A stretch of 64,000 nucleotides of DNA from a virus: the IMG/VR virus record IMGVR_UViG_3300020048_000017, positions 64,001-128,000 of that record. One strand, given 5' to 3'. This document shows positions 36,462 to 43,242 of the stretch, piece after piece; position 1 is the stretch's first letter, and each line of letters begins with the position of its first letter. The translations under genes were made by a program, and so were the position numbers. The notes below the pieces were generated by a model. It had not been told where the DNA came from, made no database searches, and worked only from the letters and a program-made list of their open reading frames with translations.

Positions 36462-38105
36462 TTATCCTTCACAACTTGAACATTCGTTCAGCTTTCGGTA
36501 GAAAGCCTGTGCGGCATTAATACTTTTTTGATAGTAGAGAGTTTTAATCCCGTTCTCCCACGCAAAAATAAGAAGATCATTAATGTCTTTAGTCTTAGTG
36601 TCTGGCGGGATCATTAAGTTCAAACTTTGACCTTGATCTATAAACTTTTGTCTTTGAGCTGCTTGAATAACGGTTTCTCTAGGACTAATTTCAGTGAATG
36701 TTCTAAACACATCTTTCTCGTCTTGAGATAGGAAGTCCAAATGTTGAACTGATCCGTTTTTCAAAAGGATCGAATCCCAGACTTCGTCTGTATTTTTTTC
36801 CTTATTACATAATAGATTTTCTAAATAAGGATTTTTAATCGTTGCGTTAAATTTCGCAAGATCCTTTACATAGTAATTAGAATGATAAGGTTCAATGGAT
36901 TGACTTACCTGACCTAAGATAAATGCTGAAGAAGTATTCGGAGCGATAGCGTGTCTAGTCACCCATCGTTCGCCGTAGCCTTTTAACATCGGTGGTTCGC
37001 CAAGTTCTTTAGCGGCCTTTCTAGAAGCCTCTAGAGACTTCCTGTTCATGTTCTCGAAAATTTCCGAGTTCCACATCTTAGCTTCTAAGGACTCAAATGC
37101 AACCATCTTGCTTTGAAGGAATGAATGCCAACCCGTAGCTCCGATACCAATAGCCCTTTGGTTCTCGGCGAATTTAACGGCCCTATCCATAAAATCGATC
37201 TTCGAAGCTTTTTGGATGAATTCAGTCAAAACGGCATCTAAGAAATACGCCATGATCTCTACTGCGTCAGTATCTTTCCACTCTTCGTAATGAAGAAGGT
37301 TCATCGAAGAAAGACAGCATACGAATGACTCTTCTTCGTTAGAAGAAAGCATTATTTCTGAGCAGACATTTGAGCCATGAATTTTTCGACCTTTATCTTT
37401 GTAAACTTTCGGGGCTCCGTTATTTACATTGTCGCTGAAAAAGATATAAGGAATTCCTACTTCAGATCTACTCTTTAAGACTTTTGCCCAGATTTCTCTT
37501 TTAGGCCTGTCCCCATCGATCATTTCCCTCATCCACTGATCTTCCACACAGACTCCTGTGAAAAGCTCTTGAATTGGACTACCCTCTTGCTTGACTTTAA
37601 GGAACTCGTCTAAGTCTCCATGGCCGATGGGCAGGTAACATCCCATAACACCCCTTCTAACAGCCGCTTGCTTGCACGTAAGCATCGTTGTGTCAAAGAG
37701 CCTCATAAAGTTCACAACCCCCTCTGACTTACCTCCTGCGGAAATTGCCGAGCCTCTAGGTCTGAGATTGCCGAAGAATCCCGAACAACCCCCTCCCATT
37801 TTGGTCATCATTCCAACCTCTGCCACATTGTAAAGAATGGAGTCCATCCTGTCCTCGATATAGCTATTGAAACAAGAAATCGGCAAGCCGCGATCTCTCC
37901 CGAAGTTTGCCCAAACCGGAGTTGAGAGAAGAAACCAACCCTTCTCCATACACTCCAAAAATCTCTCGGCAAAATCTTTTCTGTTTAGAATTTTTTGAGC
38001 CGCGTGAGCGATATCCTCGATTCTCGATTCAGGGGTTTCCCCCTCTGTCAAGTATCCGTTTTTTAAGAAAATCTTGGACGGTTTAGTAAGCCATTTATAT
38101 TTCAT
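36462..38105 (-). CDS. nrdA: Class I ribonucleotide reductase alpha subunit (short, no ATP cone)
   Basis: LPISC, GSNVCSEI, CCLSS, AIAPNTSS, TLYY, C-terminal CSSCEG. Confidence 0.95.
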   Translation of the reverse strand: MKYKWLTKPSKIFLKNGYLTEGETPESRIEDIAHAAQKILNRKDFAERFLECMEKGWFLLSTPVWANFGRDRGLPISCFNSYIEDRMDSILYNVAEVGMMTKMGGGCSGFFGNLRPRGSAISAGGKSEGVVNFMRLFDTTMLTCKQAAVRRGVMGCYLPIGHGDLDEFLKVKQEGSPIQELFTGVCVEDQWMREMIDGDRPKREIWAKVLKSRSEVGIPYIFFSDNVNNGAPKVYKDKGRKIHGSNVCSEIMLSSNEEESFVCCLSSMNLLHYEEWKDTDAVEIMAYFLDAVLTEFIQKASKIDFMDRAVKFAENQRAIGIGATGWHSFLQSKMVAFESLEAKMWNSEIFENMNRKSLEASRKAAKELGEPPMLKGYGERWVTRHAIAPNTSSAFILGQVSQSIEPYHSNYYVKDLAKFNATIKNPYLENLLCNKEKNTDEVWDSILLKNGSVQHLDFLSQDEKDVFRTFTEISPRETVIQAAQRQKFIDQGQSLNLMIPPDTKTKDINDLLIFAWENGIKTLYYQKSINAAQAFYRKLNECSSCEG

Positions 38106-39085
38106 TAAAATAAGTCGTCTGCGGTAATTGATTTGTTTTTTCTTGAGTAACTAACAGGTCTTTGATCAAAGAAATCAAAATGCGCGTCACTAATAAGACC
38201 TTCGTTAAACCATTTGGTTTTCTTTAGGATCGCCGGATCAACTTCAAATTGTGGTTGATACAAAATGCCAGAAAGAGATTGGTTAAGTCTTTCTTTGGTG
38301 AACTGTTTAATTTGTTCGACGCTGATGAAATCTAAATCTCCTTCATCAAAAATCCAATCAATTACTTTTTCTTCAGCCGCGTAAGCTCTGGTGCTGTAAT
38401 TAATAACCATTGTCTCTAACTCTGGTGTAAAAAACTCTGGGTTACTTTTACGAATATCATTGATCACGAATGTTCCGAAGGCCGCGTGAATACTTTCTTC
38501 TTTGGAAGTGGCCGCTACAGCATTGTTGATATCTTTTAATTTCTTTCTATGTTTATTGAAAGACATAAGAATAAAAAACTGACTAAATAAAGAAACGTTT
38601 TCGATAAAAAGTGAAAACAAAATAATTGATTTCAAAAACTTCTCCTCAAGACGAGCATTCGAAAAATCTTTATACTTCTTCAAATAATTGTGCCTGTCTA
38701 TAATAACTGGCTCATCATACATCTTAGCGAACTCTTCGTTCAGACCCAAGATTTCCAAAAGGTGGGAGTAAGCTCTACTGTGTCTAACCTCTGATTCCGC
38801 GAATGTTGCGCCCACCATAAACACCTCAGGCTTGGGAAGGTGGTCTCCGATTTTTAGAAAAAACGCCTTTACAGATACTTCAATTTGTGAAATAAGTAAG
38901 AGGCATTTTGTAACAATTTTTCTTTCGTAGTCGGAAAGTTCGTGATGGAATTCCTGAACATCTTGGGTGAAAGACCACTCCTTATGGGTCCAGTAAGACT
39001 CTCCGATGGCGTCACAAAATTGTTCTAGTTCAGGGTAGCAAAATGGTTTAAAATGTTCGCGGGGTTCAAAAAGACTTCGTTGCAT
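38105..39085 (-). CDS. nrdB: Class I ribonucleotide reductase beta subunit
   Basis: SQIE, ESEVRHSRAY (radical Tyr present), FIENVSLFSQF, EESIH, HFDFF. Confidence 0.95.
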   Translation of the reverse strand: MQRSLFEPREHFKPFCYPELEQFCDAIGESYWTHKEWSFTQDVQEFHHELSDYERKIVTKCLLLISQIEVSVKAFFLKIGDHLPKPEVFMVGATFAESEVRHSRAYSHLLEILGLNEEFAKMYDEPVIIDRHNYLKKYKDFSNARLEEKFLKSIILFSLFIENVSLFSQFFILMSFNKHRKKLKDINNAVAATSKEESIHAAFGTFVINDIRKSNPEFFTPELETMVINYSTRAYAAEEKVIDWIFDEGDLDFISVEQIKQFTKERLNQSLSGILYQPQFEVDPAILKKTKWFNEGLISDAHFDFFDQRPVSYSRKNKSITADDLF

Positions 39086-39095
39086 AGGAATATAA

Positions 39096-39102
39096 ATTAC
39101 AC
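39096..39102 (-). promoter_or_regulatory. GTGTAAT upstream motif
   Basis: GTGTAATTTATA, 10 nt before nrdB ATG, immediately after a terminator. Confidence 0.45.
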
Positions 39103-39105
39103 TTC

Positions 39106-39140
39106 AAAAAAGGGCATCAAACATTTAATTTGAATGCCCC
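39106..39140 (-). terminator. Intrinsic terminator
   Basis: Minus strand GGGCATTCAAA..TTTGATGCCC stem followed by TTTTTT. Confidence 0.65.
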
Positions 39141-39179
39141 GATTTTTCTCGAAAATACGAGATAAGTTGTGTATTGCGG

Positions 39180-39395
39180 TTAGCAAAATTTACCCAATTC
39201 AGTAAAGTTAATTGGGTCGAGTTTGATTTGATTACTACCTACCGACCTTGTCTCACCAGTTACCTTATGTAGGACTAAAGCCAAGTGTTCTTGGATAACT
39301 TGAATCTGATCTTCATCGAGACTTTCTAGTTGTTCTCCGGATTCGGCGATTTCAAAATAACCAGAAAGCCAGTAGCAAAAATTTTCTGGGCTCAT
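39180..39395 (-). CDS. Hypothetical phage protein
   Basis: MSPENFCYWLSGYFE..QIQVIQEHLALV, a recurrent small phage protein pattern. Confidence 0.7.
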   Translation of the reverse strand: MSPENFCYWLSGYFEIAESGEQLESLDEDQIQVIQEHLALVLHKVTGETRSVGSNQIKLDPINFTELGKFC

Positions 39396-39730
39396 TTATC
39401 TAATTCGTGTTTTTTACCTTTTCTCTTTTCAGAGTAGTTTTTAAATTCTTTTTTCAAGACGGGATCTTTGTCTCCAATTTTATCTGCCCTTTTTTCGGAC
39501 CACTCTTTTGATCTATCCCAGAGGTCACCGATGGTCCCCCCGTTAGAAGTCTTCTTCAAGAAATCTCTCTCTGAGAAAACGTCAACGTTAGAATCTATAG
39601 AAGCTTGTGGCACTGTCCATACGCGAATCCAAGAAACTCCGTCTTCTTCATACGAATGTTGATCCTTCATCTTTTGGAAGATTTCTTTAATCTCTTCCGT
39701 GTCTGGGTGCTTGTATAGATACGCAGGCAT
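39392..39730 (-). CDS. FmdB-like hypothetical protein (Cys-less)
   Basis: MPAYLY..EIFQKM..RVWTVP; ATG 39730 overlaps upstream stop. Confidence 0.55.
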   Translation of the reverse strand: MPAYLYKHPDTEEIKEIFQKMKDQHSYEEDGVSWIRVWTVPQASIDSNVDVFSERDFLKKTSNGGTIGDLWDRSKEWSEKRADKIGDKDPVLKKEFKNYSEKRKGKKHELDK

Positions 39731-40803
39731 TATAGGTGTTCTAAAATTGTGTCTACGGTTCTGTCCCAAGTAAATTCTTTGGCTAGAGCTTCACCCTTAG
39801 GGTTCGGTGTTTTCGCCAGTTCTGCCGCTTTATCAAGAGCTATGTCAAGATCTTCATCTGAAAAATCTGCCCACTCACCTTGATTAACGAAATAACCTTG
39901 TCTAAAAAAGACTCCGTCTTCTGCCTGTCTAGTTCCACTAGGTTCAACCAAGATGGCATTCGACTCGTTGGCAAAATCTTTATGAACGTGTGCGTTTAAA
40001 CACACCGACCACTTCCCGAGGCATAACGATTGAAACGTAGGTAAGTTAAAACCTTCGCAAGAAGACATTCCCGTCAAGTCTACGTCCGCAGCATTAAGCA
40101 CATCATTATACTCTTCAAGCGTTTTTCTAAAGTCAACAAAGTTTACATTGAAGGGCTGCTCTCCGTTAGGAAACGTAGAAGCAATTAGAGACTTCATTTG
40201 CTGTTCAGGTAAGAACGCATTTGAAATTGCGCAGTTCAACGCAAAGTTATCTTTATTGCCAAATTTTTTGATCCACGCGGACAGAATCCTGATAGTGTTT
40301 TTTCTAGATTCCAGCTTGCCATATAAGCCGAAGGTTTTGACATTTTTTCCTAAATACCTTTTGCCGGTTTTATGAAAATGATAGCCATCAAAACCTAAGG
40401 GACAATATGCCACATTCGTAAGTCCGTGATTTTCAAAAACTTTCTTTGTGTAATTTGAAGTAACGAAGACAGTTTTTTGCTGCTTCAAAATATTAGTCTC
40501 TACACTTGTTAGGCGATCCGTTTCGTGGAACGTTAAACTACAAGGTTGTTCTTGAAAAGACTCTGATAGCCCTTGGATATGCCAGAGTTTTAAGCCTTTA
40601 TCTTTTCTGGAATGATCCGTAATCCCCCTCTCAATAGAACTTGTCAGCCAAGCCATGAACTCCTCAGAGACGTTGAAGGCTGACAGATCAGTGCCCCCAA
40701 TTGGGAGGACTGAGACTTCTTCGCCTCTTTCAAATAGTGTCCGAAGAATATTGAAAGAGACGTTCCCAAAGCTTAGGGAATTGAGAGGTAAATTAAAGGT
40801 CAT
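39730..40803 (-). CDS. GT4 glycosyltransferase
   Basis: SFGNVS, GKLESRKN, SSCEGFNLPTFQSLCLGK, FTWDRTV. Confidence 0.85.
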   Translation of the reverse strand: MTFNLPLNSLSFGNVSFNILRTLFERGEEVSVLPIGGTDLSAFNVSEEFMAWLTSSIERGITDHSRKDKGLKLWHIQGLSESFQEQPCSLTFHETDRLTSVETNILKQQKTVFVTSNYTKKVFENHGLTNVAYCPLGFDGYHFHKTGKRYLGKNVKTFGLYGKLESRKNTIRILSAWIKKFGNKDNFALNCAISNAFLPEQQMKSLIASTFPNGEQPFNVNFVDFRKTLEEYNDVLNAADVDLTGMSSCEGFNLPTFQSLCLGKWSVCLNAHVHKDFANESNAILVEPSGTRQAEDGVFFRQGYFVNQGEWADFSDEDLDIALDKAAELAKTPNPKGEALAKEFTWDRTVDTILEHL

Positions 40804-40804
40804 C

Positions 40805-41218
40805 TTAGAAAGGAACGTCGTCGTCGTCAGCGACCTCTACAACAGCGGGTTTAGAAGGTGTTGATGATGCTGAAGCTTGTTCTGCGTCGTCTTTTTTACC
40901 ACCAACGAAAGTGAAGTTCTCACCGATAACCTTAAGTTTCGATCTCTTCTCTCCTTCGTTACCTTCCCAAGTGTCTAGTGACAGACGGCCTTCGATAAGA
41001 AGTTGGCGACCTTTCTTAGTATGTTCCGCGAGTATCTCGGCCTGTTTACCCCAGAAGGTAACATCTACAAAAGTTGTTTCCTCTTTCTTCTCTCCGTTAG
41101 AAGTAAACTGTCGATTCAGAGCGATACCGAGATCTACTACGGAGTTGCCTGATGAACCGATGGTTCTTAGTTCTGGATCTCTAGTGAGATTCCCCATGAT
41201 GATGACTTTATTTAGCAT
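40805..41218 (-). CDS. ssb: Single-stranded DNA-binding protein (bacterial type)
   Basis: LNKVIIMGNLTRDPELR, WGKQAE, IEGRL, acidic tail DDDDVPF. Confidence 0.95.
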   Translation of the reverse strand: MLNKVIIMGNLTRDPELRTIGSSGNSVVDLGIALNRQFTSNGEKKEETTFVDVTFWGKQAEILAEHTKKGRQLLIEGRLSLDTWEGNEGEKRSKLKVIGENFTFVGGKKDDAEQASASSTPSKPAVVEVADDDDVPF

Positions 41219-41504
41219 AATTCAGTTTTTTTATTGTGAGTTCTATAACTAGTGAAAATATAGCACCTGCTAGAGCGATTGTCAAGGACTTACTTAGTAA
41301 AAGATTTACCCAGAAGGCAAAGCAGTATGCGCAGAATAATGGGTATAGTAAATTATATACTACTTTTTCAAAGATTTTTGATGGCTGAGATTTTGCAATA
41401 TTGAACCTTTCTTTTGTGGGGTCGCTAACAATTTTCCCTAAATCTGTATAATTATAAAGATAGAATAACGAGTATGCGAATAGGAATTGTATCAAGATTT
41501 CCAT
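41208..41504 (-). CDS. Small membrane protein with CxxC
   Basis: Hydrophobic helices flanking LFCAYCFAFW. Confidence 0.6.
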   Translation of the reverse strand: MEILIQFLFAYSLFYLYNYTDLGKIVSDPTKERFNIAKSQPSKIFEKVVYNLLYPLFCAYCFAFWVNLLLSKSLTIALAGAIFSLVIELTIKKLNYAK

Positions 41505-42076
41505 AATTTTTCAATTGCGTCGGTTAAAGATTTAACGCTGTTGGTGAGCTTTTCTAAGTCGGTTTCGAGTCTTAGCACGATATCCGCTTTTTCAAAAAGG
41601 ATTGGATCGTTCTTCTCCTCGTCTTGGTTAGGCGGCTGTAAAAGAGATCCGTCAAGTAAGAACCTAGATAAATGAATCAGCGTTCCATCGTGAGAATGAA
41701 GCCAATCTACTTCATCAAAATCATATTCGGCATATCTAATATCTGTAACAATAGCTATGTCAAACGGTTGCTCTTGCTGAGCCTTTAACATTTTCTCGTA
41801 AAGAAGTGAAGTCCAATAAGTTCCGTTACTTTGAATTCTTTTAGCTCTGCCAAATTCAACCAATAATGGCCGGATCAATTCCTTGTCTTCGGGAGAGCAA
41901 TTTAAAATATCAATATTGAAATTATCGAACAGAAAGATACGCATCGCGTCTTTCAATTCATCAGCTAATGCAAACCTTTTAGCTACCAAACCTTCATTTT
42001 TATAAGCTTTGATTAAATTTGCGCAAAGAGTATCTTTTCCAACCCTTGCCACTCCTGTTATTCCGATTACTCTCAT
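41492..42076 (-). CDS. Deoxynucleoside monophosphate kinase
   Basis: GITGVARVGKDT P-loop, FALADELK, RPLL..G, VTDIRY. Confidence 0.85.
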   Translation of the reverse strand: MRVIGITGVARVGKDTLCANLIKAYKNEGLVAKRFALADELKDAMRIFLFDNFNIDILNCSPEDKELIRPLLVEFGRAKRIQSNGTYWTSLLYEKMLKAQQEQPFDIAIVTDIRYAEYDFDEVDWLHSHDGTLIHLSRFLLDGSLLQPPNQDEEKNDPILFEKADIVLRLETDLEKLTNSVKSLTDAIEKLWKS

Positions 42077-42573
42077 GTGAGTGAAAAAGTGTTATCGTCG
42101 CCACCTTCCTCATCAGAAGGTTCAGTGATGTGTAAGGGAACGTCTGTAGAGAACGTTAGGTTGAGAACTGATATTAAAGCCTCTAAAACGGGCGCATCGA
42201 TATCTAAAGGATTTAATGGTCTAAATAAACCAACATCTTTTATCAAGGAGGGCATCACAGTATTATAAAGATAAGCGGCACTGGATAAGCTGTCCAATGA
42301 TAGCGTGAAAGTCTTTTTGTAATTCCAAATTTCGTCCCTTAAGAAGTAAGTGAGAGTTCCCGTTTGTCCAGAATACTCAACGAGAACACCTTCTTTTTCT
42401 AGCTCCTTCAGAGCTAAATGCTGAAGTTTATCCTTAGGTCTTACTAATTTCGTGGGATCTACCTCGATGCCCATGGTCTGGTCGTTTATAAAAAGGTCAA
42501 GACACTCATTTCTGAAGAAGTTGAGAGATCGGCTCTCGCCATCATTATCGCACATAATTAGTTGAATATCCAT
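42073..42573 (-). CDS. Hypothetical protein
   Basis: ORF with own promoter at 42584-42611. Confidence 0.65.
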   Translation of the reverse strand: MDIQLIMCDNDGESRSLNFFRNECLDLFINDQTMGIEVDPTKLVRPKDKLQHLALKELEKEGVLVEYSGQTGTLTYFLRDEIWNYKKTFTLSLDSLSSAAYLYNTVMPSLIKDVGLFRPLNPLDIDAPVLEALISVLNLTFSTDVPLHITEPSDEEGGDDNTFSLT

Positions 42574-42583
42574 AATATCAATA

Positions 42584-42611
42584 ATTATAGCCCATTACTC
42601 TAAATTGTCAA
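42584..42611 (-). promoter_or_regulatory. sigma70 consensus promoter TTGACA-N16-TATAAT
   Basis: -35 at 42611-42606, -10 at 42589-42584. Confidence 0.75.
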
Positions 42612-42849
42612 GGAAAATTTTAGAGAAACCATAACTTTTCACAATTTCTATAACGGGCTTGGCCGCAATCTGATTATAATCTGGGGGAAAGTCCACCCCT
42701 AGAAAGTCACACATATCCATATTCCACGGGGACATTTTGGACATTATGTTTTTAGAAAAAGGAATCTGTCCTCGTTCAATCTTGGAAAGAGTTTTTAGAC
42801 AAGACTTTAATCTTGAGTGTTTGATCTTACGGATTCTCTTAGATATCAT
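42595..42849 (-). CDS. Small protein with very basic N-terminus
   Basis: MISKRIRKIKHSRLKSCLKTLSKIERG; starts directly 3' of the structured RNA. Confidence 0.6.
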   Translation of the reverse strand: MISKRIRKIKHSRLKSCLKTLSKIERGQIPFSKNIMSKMSPWNMDMCDFLGVDFPPDYNQIAAKPVIEIVKSYGFSKIFLDNLE

Positions 42850-43200
42850 AGGTTCCCGCTCTCTAATTCTTATTAATTCCCTTTAATTCTCTTAGCCACC
42901 TCTATTTCTTTTAGGAAATAGAGATTAAGCAATACTGGTCCATAGCGAAGGCAAGGCTTCGCCTGAACCAATACGCCTAATCCCGAATACTTCTTTTGAG
43001 GTCTTCAGTAGATTACAACTATTGTTGCAGCAATATTGGTGTTAAACAAACGAAATCCTGTAACATCAATCCTTAGACCCTCCAATATAAACTTGTAGGA
43101 TTTCGTCTGGTCCGGCTTGTTTTTCAGGTATGGTCTCCCTAGCGACAAGATGGTCCGAAGTCTTTTTAACCCAGCTCTTGGACTCGGAGCGGGAGGATTA
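42850..43200 (-). ncRNA. Unclassified ~350-nt structured RNA or leader
   Basis: Terminal 8-bp helix (43194-43187 with 42861-42854); 11-bp stem (43107-43097 with 43059-43049); 28-bp hairpin 42984-42921 with six G-U pairs; 9-bp hairpin 42923-42900; promoter directly upstream; no ATG-initiated long ORF. Confidence 0.7.
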
Positions 43201-43205
43201 TGATC

Positions 43206-43233
43206 ATTTTACACCTTAATTTTGAAAAGTCAA
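43206..43233 (-). promoter_or_regulatory. sigma70-like promoter TTGACT-N16-TAAAAT (also contains GTGTAA)
   Basis: -35 at 43233-43228, -10 at 43211-43206; predicted +1 near 43200. Confidence 0.7.
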
Positions 43234-43242
43234 GAAGAAAAA

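Noticed and set aside
43000-43110. Hammerhead-like core words (CUGAAGA and CGAAA) in the structured RNA
   Set aside because: Stem II would start with a C-C mismatch, stem I pairs poorly, and the GAAA is sequestered in an 11-bp helix.
42880-43190. RNase P RNA or tmRNA identity (AGUCCA with UGGCU resembles P4; size is similar)
   Set aside because: No GAGGAA before the putative P4, no P2/P3, 30 extra nt before the terminal helix, and no tRNA-like ends or tag ORF. A cmscan is still advisable.
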